Below are positions 22,519 to 34,494 of a DNA stretch of 64,000 bases, in pieces. Below the pieces are notes generated by a model that was not told where the DNA came from, did no database searches, and saw only the letters and a list, made by a program, of their open reading frames with translations. Source of the stretch: Diplonema japonicum. Lineage: Eukaryota; Protista; Euglenozoa: Diplonemea. Numbering within the stretch: the stretch's first letter is position 1; every line of letters starts with the position of its first letter. Made by a program: the position numbers and the translations under genes. The stretch covers positions 310,001-374,000 of the forward strand of contig OZ025730.1 in NCBI GenBank assembly GCA_964019335.1, in the 5' to 3' direction.

Positions 22519-22978
22519 CCCCGACCTTCAAAATTTCCCCAGGGCTCACCACCGTGTGGCCGTCGGAGTGTCCAACAACGATTATGTTGTGGCCGTTGGT
22601 GAACCGTGTGGTGGGGATGGGGTGGGTGGTGCCTTCTGTGGGTGTGGAGAGGATTGCCAAGGGGGTGGCAATGGGCTCCTCATCGTCTACTGGTTCGATC
22701 GTCTTTTGAGCAACGTCGGCACCCGATAACGCAGCAACAGAGGTGAACAGCACCTTCGGGCCTACGAGTAGAGCACTTCTGTCCAGAGCCACGCCAAGGT
22801 CCCCCCCCTTCAATCTGTGCTCCTTCTCGTACAGAAGTGCGATCTCATCTGTCGTGCCTTCGTCCACCGGCGCACTTCCAAACTCCGTGTTATAATTCAA
22901 CACCACCCCCCCCTGCCAACGCCGCGCCCCGCAGAGCTGGCTGACCAGCCTGGCCGTTGGCAACCTTGTAATTCGCAT
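22070..22978 (-). CDS. Probable mitochondrial protein with possible degenerate trypsin-like fold; introns 22489-22525 and 22280-22356
   Basis: Arg-rich presequence-like N-terminus. Three exons (453, 132, 210 nt) join in frame through GT-AG introns. Confidence 0.65.
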
Positions 22979-23155
22979 TTTTCCTTCTTTTTTTTTTTTT
23001 TTTTTTTTTTTTTCCCTACTTTAAATGGGAACCCGGGACAAAATTCAAAAGATTAATCAATACTTCTAAGGGAGGAAGGATGTTGTTGTGTGAATTGTAT
23101 CACGAAGCAGGGGGGGAAAAAAAAAAGATTTAAAAAAGTCTATTGGTGTGTGTAT

Positions 23156-23449
23156 TCATTGTTGTTTTACAGCATCCCACAGCCCTGATTTTTGCCCGCT
23201 GTTTACCACCTGTGTCCACCAGTTGCAGGCCTCTTTCTCTTTCGTCACTCTCTTTGCATCGCTGCCGTGACCTTGCCTCGAGGTTTGCATGTCCCTTTTT
23301 AAATCTTCAAAATAACTCATCAAAGGGTCCTCTCCCCCAGCGGGGGTTTCATTGCGTTGCTTAGTTGCCATGTCGCTTGACCCCAGACGGATCCCTTCGA
23401 TCATCTGGTTCATGCGCTGTTCGATCTGACGTATTTCTGACTCTTCCAT
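23156..23449 (-). CDS. Hypothetical protein (97 aa)
   Basis: ATG after an A-tract; complex coding-like sequence between homopolymer spacers. Confidence 0.55.
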   Translation of the reverse strand: MEESEIRQIEQRMNQMIEGIRLGSSDMATKQRNETPAGGEDPLMSYFEDLKRDMQTSRQGHGSDAKRVTKEKEACNWWTQVVNSGQKSGLWDAVKQQ

Positions 23450-24308
23450 ATTTTTTTTTTTTTTTTTTTCCCTTTTTTTTTTCCTTTTTTAAGTTTTATG
23501 TGGGATAATTGGATAATAAGAATACTTAGAGGCGAAAGGAGTTCTGGGATCTTTTCAAGAAAAAAAAAAAGAAAAAAAAAAAAAAAAGAACAATAGCCTT
23601 TCCATTTCCCTTTTTTTTTTTCCCCTTTCTTTCCTCTTTCTTTTTATTGCTGGGCTACAAAAAAGTATTGCATTTTTCTTTTTTTTTCAAGGGGGCAACC
23701 AGCCATATCCATTTCTCGCCTTTCTTTTCTTTTCTTCTTAAAACAAGGAAGAAACTCGCACGGTGGGGGGGGGGGGGGGAGTGATAAATTAATTTATTTA
23801 ATTCATTCGAAAAGTTCCTTCTTCCCCCCCCCCCCCCTATCCCCTTCGGGACTTGAAATATTCCGCCCCCTGTCTCTAGACCAAACAAAAAAAAAGACTT
23901 ACTCCACCCTCCCCTCTTCAAGGAAAAGAAGGGAAAGAAGAAATGTGAGGGAGAGACTTTGCCTGTTTAGGAATAAAGGAGGGAGGGTAGAGAACCTCCT
24001 TCTTTTTTATTTATTTTTTTGTTCACGAGGACTCTACTCAACAGCGGCCTCTACGGAGTGGGAAGAAGAATAAGAAGAAGAAAAACAAGAAAGATGAAAA
24101 AAAAAAAGATGAAAAAAAAGGACACGCGCCCGGCCAGGGCATGGACACCATCTCAGAACAAAAAGACAGCTCACATGTCCCTTTTCACAGTGCAAAAATA
24201 GAGGGAAATAAAAAGAAAAGAAAAAGAAATAGGGGGGAATAACATGAAAGCTGTACACAAAAAGAAAAAAAAAAAGATAAACAGAAGAAAGAAAAAAAAA
24301 AAGAATCT

Positions 24309-24343
<35 letters not shown>

Positions 24344-24344
<1 letters not shown>

Positions 24345-27300
24345 CACGAATTCTCGTTTTTAACAACGGGTTCAATGAGCCTGACCCCGAGGCCTTCAAA
24401 CGCGTGTTTTCTCAACAAATTGCTTTTGACAGAATGGAAGGCCGAGCCGACAGTGCCGACTATCCCAAGCCTCTTCAGTCGGACAACATTGTGCTTGTTC
24501 ACCTCGGGTACCGATTCTGAAGTGTGCACACGGGATTTGTTCCCGGCAAAGGACAAAAGCGAATTGAGCGGCACACCCTCTGGGGTAATGACCCAAGCAT
24601 GCAGCTCCGATAAAGTGTGCGATATACTATCGTTGTAAGCATTTAGCGCCTCGAGAAGCACAACAGAACGGGTCGATGCAGGGAAGTGTTTCTTGGCAAT
24701 TGTAATGGACTGGATCCACTTTTGCGTGAGTTCGGAGGCTCTTTCCATGAGGCTAACTACTTCCTTCGCCCGTGAGTTCCCCATTGACTGTTTTGAAGCT
24801 ACATATGCGTGCAAAAGGTAAAGTGTTGGGTGTTCAGAATCCTGTAACGAGAGAGCTTTGTTGAGATCGCTTCTCGCAAGGACAAGCCTGTCGTCAGCTA
24901 TGAAATCAGCAGCCCTTCTAATATATTGCAGCGTAGTTCCAACCATGGTGTTGCCCTGCAGCTTCACCGAGGATTGTTTCAAAAAATCAGAGAATTTTCG
25001 GTCCTGTTCGGCGATGAAAGCATCCGCGGTTTCCGTGTCCGTGACGGTCTGGTCCGAGGTCTTGTGATAACGCTGCATGAAGAGCATCCAGTTTTCCCGT
25101 AACGCGCGCTTCTCGTATTTCCCTTCGAGTAGGAGCCGACGCCTGTTGTCGGGTTCCTTGAAGTGCTTATCTTTCAAAGCGCAGAATTTTTTAAACATTC
25201 TCGCAGTTTGCTGAGCGATCGGGATCATGACGCCTAGCTTTGTTCGTGCGATAGCGGTATTTCGTAGCCTCCGTTTTTCCATCAACTTGTCGACCGTCAT
25301 GGTTGAAGGGATTAACAGTTCGTAGTCGCCCTTCTTACCCTGACGCCCGGTCCGCCCCGCAGCTTGGAGTTGCACCCGAAGATTCTTCGGTAGAAACGTG
25401 CATATCACAACTAGACCACCGTTATCCTCTGTTTCGGGGTTTGTTACAATATCCATTCCGCGACCGGCGAGGTTTGTGGAACACGTTACGACACCTGGTC
25501 GGCCGGCCTCGACTAAAATGTCTTCTTCTTTTTTTGTTTGAACACCTGTGTATGATTGAAGCGATGCTGTCCCAGGCAGCATCCCACCAGGCGTGTCTGA
25601 GAGGAATTGAAACAGTTTTTCCGACTCTCTTATCGTCTCGGAGATCAATAACACCGGCCGGCCTTTCTTCGCAGCGCGGATCACCTTCTCGCGTATCCTC
25701 TCATTGAGCATATCAGGGTGTGCCACCGACACCACATCCTTCCGCTTCGACACGTGGTGAGTCGGAACGTGGAAGAAGAGAAGATCATAACAAGTCTCGA
25801 ACTCTCTTTGTTCCTCCTGTTCTCCTATCGTTCCTGTTAAACCGGTTTTCCATTCGTACAAAGCGAAGAATGCAAGAACGGAAGAGAAACCCCCTGTCAT
25901 GGACTCGTCAGTGACAGGAACACCCTCCTTCACTTGTAGGAATTGGTGAACTCCGTGCGTTAAGACCGTACCGTGCTGCAAGACACCGGTGTCGAGGGAG
26001 TCGACGTTTATAATACTACTGTCGTCCGATATAATGTAACCTTCTTTTTGGTGGATTTTTGCGGAGCGTACTGCGGACTTGACCCATGTTTCCATGGTAC
26101 CGGAGACCAGCTCCTTCAGGTTCTCAGGGAAGATCGCGTCCACAACAGGGTGGCTTCTGCAGTGATCCGTCACACGTGATATGTTATCAGCGTCCACCTC
26201 GCCCCACTCTTGTATCTTCCGCTGTATGAGGTAATAGATGAAATGGACTTGGTCCATGCCCGGTATCGATGATGAGAGTCTGGCTGAACGTCCTGAAGAG
26301 TCGATAAGCATGTTGTCGACCTCGTCGATGATGGTGACCTGGTACCCTCTGTCGCCGCGTTCGTAGTGGTTGAGGTACACTTCTCTAATGTATGTGAATT
26401 GGAACTCTGCCACAGTGCCGTAGACCACGTCGGCTTTGTAGACCTCGGAGGGGGTTTGGTGTTCGTTCTTGCAGTTGTGGGACACTGTTTTCCCGAGTAG
26501 ATCGAAATAGTCGTGCGCCTTCGCCGCGTCGCGTCTAGCCAGGATTTCCGAAGAGGTCATCACATCCACCTTTTTGTTCAGCAGCGTGTAGTACCCCGCT
26601 GCCATGACGATTGTCACGGTCTTCCCCTCCCCTGTTCGCATTTCCCCAATACCGCCTCCTTTTCCAAACGGTGTTTTCGTCGTCATGCAGATCACAGCTA
26701 GCAACTGCGACTCGTTTGGGCGGAAACCGTAGGTGATTAGCACCGCGTGTTGTAGATGATACAGAAGTTGAAGCCGTCTTTCTTGCATGTCTTGGGTGTT
26801 CAAAGCATCCCTGAGCGAGCTTGTGAAGCCTTGTCGAGACACCATTTCCTTCCCCGACTTCTCGTATATCAGCCGTTGCAGGTTTATGAACTCGTTCTTA
26901 ACGCACAGGAAGGATTGGTTTCGCAGATGCGCGTTCGCTTTCAAGAAGCTGTCCAAGATCTCCATTCCCTTCGCCTCGCGGACGCCTTGGTCGCCCTTTG
27001 ACTCTGCGATGAGCGCTTCGACCCACTGCGTGCGTTGCGAGATGTTTGTCGATTTTGTTTCCATTATGGACAGCAGTTTCGCTTTCCTTTCGGGGTTTTC
27101 ACCGACGGATAATATCGCCCGCATTGCGCGCATCATTTGAGGATTGCCTATGGACTGGGCTTTGCCCTTTGAAACAGCCTTCATTAGGACTTCGTTGTCT
27201 ATGTTTTTCCGTGCAAGAACCTCGATTTCAGAGCTGAAGCACCATCGATGCTGGATCACCCTTGGAAGCTCGGGCAACGTAACGCAACGGAAGCCTTTCT

Positions 27301-29854
27301 CTGGAGACGGAACGAACTTGCAGAACACGTACACGGCACCCGACAACACAACACGGATGTTCTGTTCCATCCCTTTGCTGATCTGCTCCACTGAAGGGTA
27401 TGGTACCCAATACCCCGTCTCCGTGGTGGGCGGCAACCCAACCGGCAGCATCGAGACCCCCATCCTTTCTGCGAAGGATGTAGATTGTGGGTAGTACCCT
27501 TCTCCAAATGGATGTCCTATCAGCCTCCATGCCGTCCCTTCATGCTCGAAGTTCGCCAAAACGGTTGTTTCAGGTGGGACGTGTTGTTGGGATGGGAACG
27601 GTACCCACACGGATCCCTTGGGGAGCTTCTCGGGTGGGTAGTTGGGGAGGAAGTCGATGTTCTTGATCTTCTTCACCTCCTGGTACGCTTTCGTCCTCCC
27701 AACGTAGGCCAAACGGCCCTCCGGAACGTTCGCTGCTCCATAAACAACCCAATGCAGGCCGTCACGTTTGAAGATGTGCCCTCCGAGCATCTGGAATGTC
27801 ATGTAGCGCCCTGTGATCTTCTCGTCTGGCCAGTACGGCACCCAGACGCAGTTATCGCTGATTTTGTGAACGTCGTTTGGTGGAGCGATGGCTGTGATGG
27901 GTTTGGCTGGTGCCGCCGACGGGATCTGTTTCTTACCGCTGCTGCCCATTAGACCCGTCAAGCTGACGCCCTTCCGGATCGAACCCTCTTTGCTCATCAA
28001 TCTTGTCAAACTGACGCTCTTCTTCATGGAGCTCCCAGGGGACTGCGGGGGCGACGTCTTTGCCTGCTTGAAAAAAAGCCGCTCGGAAGGGTCCGCCTCG
28101 CCCCGTTTCTCCGCGACCCAGAAACCGCTTCTCTCGTATGATCTATCTGCAAAAGTAGCCGTGCTCGTGTCAAATTTTCTGCTCATCGGGATGTCTGCTT
28201 GTGACCGATAGTACACCCACCCGTAAGAGGCGCCAGGGAGGGCGGGCAGGTCAGAGGGGATGGTCGTGACCTGGTCCATCTCTGCGAAACTTCTGTACTC
28301 CGCAGGGAAGCTCTTCCCAAATGCTATGTTCTTCGCGGCAGTCCCGTTCATGAGAACCCAATACACGCTCACACCGTTCTTGTCAACAACGATGTACTCC
28401 ATGCCCTCGGGGACTTGGTGGAGGATGAGAAACGGGTACCAGAAAAACCCTGGATTGGGTGCCTTCGGGAGACACGACGGAGGGGGGGGCAATGCCGACG
28501 GGCGGTCCCACGGAGAACAGGGCGACACGGGGCTTCTCCCCGATTTTATTTGCAAGCCAGACACCGATGTTGTTCGCAAGGGGGCAGGGCGCTTCGCTTC
28601 CTGCTTCGTGACGGGCAGCCTGTCTGGTTTGCTGCATGAAAAGGTGACCTCACCATCCGGGACGCAGTCCTTGTGGTACGACTGCCACACAATGCCGTCC
28701 AGTCTTGCGACCCCAGCGGTTACAGTCTCGTCACGATGGAAGGGCACCCCCACCACGCCAGTCTCGTACGGCACCCAAACCATGTCAGTGATTTGCGGTA
28801 CCTCTTTTGGAAGCTTCGTGATCTTCAGCAACTCCGCCGCCGGCACGGTCCTGCCTGGGAACCACTTCTCGCATGGGTCAGCTTCGTCTTCGGTGCACCT
28901 CAGCCACAGACCGTACCCGGTTTTTGAGATCTTCTGCTCGGGAGTGTCCACGGGAAGGTTCTCACGGACGTAGTAGTAAACCCAGCCCTCCCCCGCCCGC
29001 ACCATGGGGAGGTCTTTGATCTCGGTAAGTAAAGTCTCATGGGTGATGTTCTTGAAGCTTTCAGCGAAGGACCGCACGGAGCGGAGCTTCACTGACATGT
29101 GGCTGCGCTTTCTGAAAGAGGATGCGAGGTTCTCCGTGAATGACTCATCGTCGTCGTTGGGGATGCCCACCCAGAACACCCCGTTGCGGACGGTGAACTT
29201 CGACCCTGGCGGCACAGAGGGGTACGTGGGGTATGGCAGCCATGTCCTGAAGGTTTTTGGGAGGTTCTTCGGAGGTTTACTCGGCTGGCTGTTGAGCGGG
29301 AACTCCGTGTGCTCGTCGTGCGTGGCGGACAGCGGCTTCAGCTTCGTGTTTTGGAACTCAACGGACCCATCCAGCATGTCTGCATCGGAGCCTTCTTCCA
29401 AAGAGGTGTCACCGGTGCTTTCTGCAGAGGATACGAACTCGCCCAGACCGCCTTCTTCTTCGTCTTCCTCTTCTTCTTCTTCTTCTTCTTCTTCTTCGTC
29501 ATCGTCGTCGTTGTCTTGTTCGCGTTGGTCTTCTTCTTCTTGTCTTCTTCGCATCCTCTCTGCTATCTCCCTCAACAACACTTGTGCTGATTTGTTCATT
29601 TCATTTTCGTTTTCATTTTCTTCTTTTCCTTCCACTACCGGTTCTTCAGTTCCCCGGACTGGCGGGGGTGCAGTCACATTGGCAGTAGTAGTGGAAGTGG
29701 TGCCCGGTCTTGGTACAGGTCTCGATCTCGGCGGGAAGGGAGGTGGCGGCGGTGAGCCAGACACAGACCCTCCTACTGTCACGCTTTGCGGTCGGACTCT
29801 TCCCTTTGCCTTCAGCGAAACAGAACCCGGTCGGTCGCTCGAACAGTTGCCCAT
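24344..29854 (-). CDS. SecA-family (SF2) ATPase domain protein with a long N-terminal W/Y/P-rich repeat region
   Basis: EMRTGEGKT, VDVMTSSEILARRDA, DVVYGT, IIDEVDNMLID, HQFLQVKEG, GLTGT, GRPVL, TNLAGRGMDI, QAAGRTGRQG. First ATG at 29854 (MGNCSS). Confidence 0.9.
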
Positions 29855-30171
29855 CACACTGGCCCCCCGTCGAACCCCGCCAACAACGCCTACCACTTTG
29901 AGAGAGGGCCCCCTTCACTGTGTTGAAGTTTGACAGCGGAAGCAACTGAAGAGAACGAAGAAAAAAGAAAGTTTTTTTTTTTCTTTTTCGCTAATTTTTT
30001 TGAAGGAAAATACACTTTCTTTTTCCACCCCCCCCCCAGTTTAGAACAACGGATTTAAACAAAGAAAAAAAAAGAAGAAAAAAAGAAGAAAAAGCTAGAA
30101 CGGGTAGGGGGAAGAAAAAAAAAAAGAAGAAAAGCGGAGGTCTTTACTATATTTTTCTTTTTTTTTTTTAA

Positions 30172-31896
30172 CCCATAACACTCCGGGGCTTATCTACATA
30201 GGGGTCCCTTTTTTGCTCCTTTTCATAATTTTTTTTGGACCAGGAAAATTAAAAAAAAAGTTCAAAAATTAATAAAAATACAAAGGGGATGAAGAGTTGA
30301 ATGGCCGTAGGGTGCTCAAAAACGACCATGTCAAAATGGGTTGTGCACGGGGGGGTGTAAATTGAGCATCCTGGGACAAAAAAGGCAGCATCAGGACCCC
30401 TCAGATGTCTCAGACCGAGAGAAGTGCCTATTTGCGGGTGGAATATCGGCCTCGAAATCGTCAAGAGGCCTTTTTGGGGTGATGGAAGAGTGGTACGAAA
30501 AAAGCACTTATTTGGACAGAGGTGTTGGTTTCAGGTGTAGCACTTGTAGATTGTGCGTTTTGTGCATTCTTTCAACCTGCAGACCCTGGAGGTGCCCCCT
30601 TTGAGTGGCTAGCGGTCACGTTTGGTGTAATCTGGGGTATCGGGTGTGTGTGCACCACTAGTTGGGTGCCGGGAGTGGTGCTTTTGCAACGCTGGACCCA
30701 TCAAATTAGGCTCTCTCGAAAGCGCTCTTTAAAAGCCAGGGTTGTGTATCTCTTTGGCATCCCTGAACCATATTTTATTTGAAGTGCATGGCAGTTAACT
30801 ATTGTCACTTCTAGGGTCACCAGAAGAGTCCGCAACACCCAACGAAATGCAAGCCCCTCACAGTTCTTTCACAGGGCTTCGGCCAGACCCACAGTCGAAA
30901 AGTAGCTATCGCAAACTACCGTGTTGTCATTTCCCCGGAAAGGCTCTGTTAACCCCAGCCCCGCTTTTTCCACAACACTGAAATCTTCAAGTGCGTGCCC
31001 CTCGATTTTGGTGGCGTGGATGTGAAAACGCAAAAGATAACCCGTGCTCACGCAGTTTAGGCAGTAGATTTTTATGCCATATCTTTTACGCTTGAAAGGA
31101 CAGTAGACCCGCAGCCCCCAATTGCCCCGTGAAGGTACGAGTGTCTCGTCAATGCTTAATTATTTTCCTGGTACTGCTGCTTTTGCCCACTTGTCACTAA
31201 TTCTGTCCAGAAACCCTCGTATCTTCACAACACATCACCGTTTGACTCTTCTGTGTGAGTGAAGTGGAGGCTACTTTTGATTTCCCAGCAGCGTCTCCTG
31301 GGCATCGTGTTACTGAAAAGGGGGATTTTGTGGACCAATACGACTGCTGATTCTGGGCACGCCGTAAACCCATCGCAATGCTCAATCCGAGTAAGCGGTG
31401 GAGTCCTGGGTCGAAATTTTATCAATCTCAGCGCCCTTTTGCTTGTTTGTCTCTTGTTGGATGACGTCTGTTAGCTTCTTATAAAAAAACCGAAGGAATA
31501 ACCATTTTGCGTCGTCAGGTTGCTGCGTACCACGGGACAGCTTTTTTTCTCCCCACTGGCCTATTTTATGGTCTCTATGGGTACCAACTCCCTTACCCAT
31601 GAAGGTTGGACCTCGTCCGTAGCTGTTTTGGCTTTACCTTTGCGTTTTTTGGGAACAATTTGGGCACAGTATGCACACCCGTTATTTTTCGTTTTTAGCC
31701 TATCTACTCGGATTTGGGACCCACTTGGTGGGTGGATAACAAGGTAAAGTGATGCAGCGCAGCATGAATTGCAGTTAAAAATAACTCCTCGCTATAGTCG
31801 TTCTTGGAGATCCAGGGGTCGTGGGGACGAAAAAGTACTTAGAGAAAAAAACGATTTTTCAAAACGACAAATATTTGCGCCTTGGAGTGTTATGGG
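30172..31896 (-). mobile_element. piggyBac-type DNA transposon, decayed (pB-2)
   Basis: 13-bp TIR CCCATAACACTCC (30172-30184, inverted at 31884-31896) with TTAA on both sides. Transposase remnants SIDETLV...KRYGIKIYCL...TGYL and VVCDSYFST are interrupted by stops. Confidence 0.9.
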
Positions 31897-32004
31897 TTAA
31901 AAAAAAAAAGCAATTCAATTCCTCCTACCTAACCACCTATTTTTTTTCTAAATTTGGTTTTCTTCTTTTTCTTTTTTTTTTTCTTTTTTTTTCCAAACGC
32001 CCAT

Positions 32005-32913
32005 CTAGTAACTCCTTTCAAAAGGAAGGCCTGGAGGGGGCGGGGGGGCAGCCTGATACCCTGTTTGGTATTGAGGCGGGTACTGCGGTGGGTAGCTTCC
32101 CTGTGGAGGGTACTGTGGTGGGTAACTGCCCTGTGGTTGGTACTGAGGTGGGTAACTGCCCTGACCACCATAATACTGCTGTTGCTGCTGCTGCTGCTCC
32201 GGCTCAGGTTTGAACAAAACGGTGTAAATGACCGCAAACACCATAAAGATGGATGGGAAGAAATCGTTGGTGACATGGTTAAGGCGAGAGACCCCAGTGA
32301 CGGTGAGCATCTTCTTTTCGTATATGTTACTAGTGCTCTCACGGATAACCTCCAGGTTTAACTCGTCAGTGATGCGGTAGTTGTTGTCTTGCAGCTTCTT
32401 AAGGACAGTAGGTACGTGGTAAGGAGACAGTGGCAGCATCATGCTGCGGATATTGTTTTTCTCCATTGCTTCTGTGGCTTTGTTGTAGCAGTGAACCGCA
32501 CGTGGGTTAGGTCCGAAGTGCCCGAAGACAACGGAGTTCCAATCTGTAACCGCCTTGTTTGTTGCGTTGTCTATGCCGTAGAGCGGGGACCCGTAGTGGT
32601 TCCAGGTTTTGGGTAGCAAGCAGTCTGCTTCTGATTCTGGTTCTTCGATGTGACTCCGCATCTCTGGCACCACCACCCCCTCCAGGTGTAGAATCTGCCC
32701 CACACCGTCATGCTCGCTCATCATCGTCTCTAAGTTTTTGAAGTATCCCGGTTGTGCTCCAATGTGAGCGGCCACCACCGTCACCGTCTTACCCGTATCG
32801 GGGTTTTTCAGCGTCCACACAGGACTGTGGTACCTCCCGTTCTCTTTGACCAATGTGTCTCTGAATCTATGCACCCCCACAGTGGGGAGGTTCATTCTTG
32901 GGAACAGAACCAT
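32005..32913 (-). CDS. Hypothetical protein with C-terminal YPPQY repeats
   Basis: 302-aa ORF, ATG after an A-tract, hydrophobic segment before a Q/Y/P tail. Confidence 0.75.
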   Translation of the reverse strand: MVLFPRMNLPTVGVHRFRDTLVKENGRYHSPVWTLKNPDTGKTVTVVAAHIGAQPGYFKNLETMMSEHDGVGQILHLEGVVVPEMRSHIEEPESEADCLLPKTWNHYGSPLYGIDNATNKAVTDWNSVVFGHFGPNPRAVHCYNKATEAMEKNNIRSMMLPLSPYHVPTVLKKLQDNNYRITDELNLEVIRESTSNIYEKKMLTVTGVSRLNHVTNDFFPSIFMVFAVIYTVLFKPEPEQQQQQQQYYGGQGSYPPQYQPQGSYPPQYPPQGSYPPQYPPQYQTGYQAAPPPPPGLPFERSY

Positions 32914-33222
32914 TTTTTTTTTTTTGCTTTTTTTTTTTTGAATTTTTTTTTCTCACAGTTGAGGAAGGAAAAAAAAAGGGAAAACAATAACTTTTTTTTT
33001 CGATTTCTCATATATTTTTTTGACAGAAGGGGGGGGGTTATTAAATCTAAAGGGCGGTGGTGGGGGGGGGGGGGGAGAGATAAAAAAAAATATAAATATA
33101 TTTCTAACAAAAAGAGGGGGGGGGGGGGAAATACAAACAATAAGAGAAAAAGAAAAAGAAAAAAAAAGAAAATCTAACAAAAGCTCTAACTAAATAAAAT
33201 TTTCTAACAAAAAGAAAATATA

Positions 33223-34461
33223 TTAAGGCGACACGGCCAAGGGGTCGTGCACAGGCGGCGACCTGACCGGCGACAGCAAGACCTCTTCGTACGAAGTGTC
33301 GAACCGCAGCTGCCGCTGCTGCTGCAGCCTTTTGTACTCAGCAGCGTAAGACGAAATGTGCTGCATCATGGCGGTGTGGAGCGTTGTTGCAAGCCTGTCA
33401 GCCTGCGAACTGTCGAGCGAGTAGATCTTGGAGAAAGAAGAGACAAGCGCTGGAAGACTGTCACCCTCACATATCCCGATTCTTCCGCTCACCTTCTTGG
33501 CACGCCCTATGGTGACATCTACATAGACTAAAGGGCTTCGTGGGTGTGTTGCGTGAGGCTTGGACGGCAGCATGAACTGGAAAGGTTTCGGGGTTGTAGG
33601 CCGTGCGTCCCATGTCTTCTTCGCTTGAGGGATGACCGACGTTGTGCGCAGCTGCCTGGCGTCCTTCAGCCTTTGGACGGACTGTGTGTACCCCTTGATC
33701 CTGTGTGTGTCGCCTGTTGCCCGCATTCTTTCTGAGTCGAGTTTTGTGATGTTTGGTTTGAATGTCAGTTCCTTCCTTTCGTTCATTTCCCTCATCTCTT
33801 CCGTCGTCAGGACCACCTTGCCCCTGCTGAACGGAGCCGACCCCCCTCCGCTTGCCGACCTGCTCACCGAGCGCATTGGTGGCGACGCCCTCCCCGACGA
33901 TCTCGACCGCCTCCCAATCGACGGTTTGAACGTGCATTCCGCCAGTTCTTCTTGTTCACGAAGTTCCCTTGTTTCCTTCAGCTTCGTGTTCTTCTGTCTA
34001 GAGTGTAAGTATAAAGCGTCGAACCTGGTCAGTTTCCGCCTATCCTTGACACGGTGTACAGCGTCCTTCACAGGGTACAGTGGATCCTTCATAGAGTGCA
34101 CAGGGTCGTCTACAGGAACGACTTTCTCGGGTGTTGGGATTTCATGTATGTTAGGAGGGAGGCTTCCGCTCCGTCTTGGGCTGACGCTCTTCGGCATCCC
34201 GCCAGAGGGCGCAACCGGGGGGCGTCCCAGCGACACCCTTGGCGAGCCACTCCGTTCTGTGGAGAGCCTTTCCAGTTCATGTTTGTTGGCGGCATAGTCC
34301 CTCATCAGGCTGTCGATCTCTGTTGCTGTCTCCGTGCGCAGGGCTGTCATGGAATGCATCCCATGGGGGTTCATCCGTGTATCTGTGTCCACCACTACGG
34401 GATGGCCCGACAGCGGTGCCACACTGGAGGGGGATTCGGTGAGCATGTGTGTCTGTAGTTT

Positions 34462-34494
<33 letters not shown>

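Noticed and set aside
24344-29854. Bacterial contamination suggested by SecA
   Set aside because: Flanked by the same homopolymer spacers, co-oriented with intron-containing eukaryotic genes, and carrying a eukaryote-like low-complexity N-terminus.
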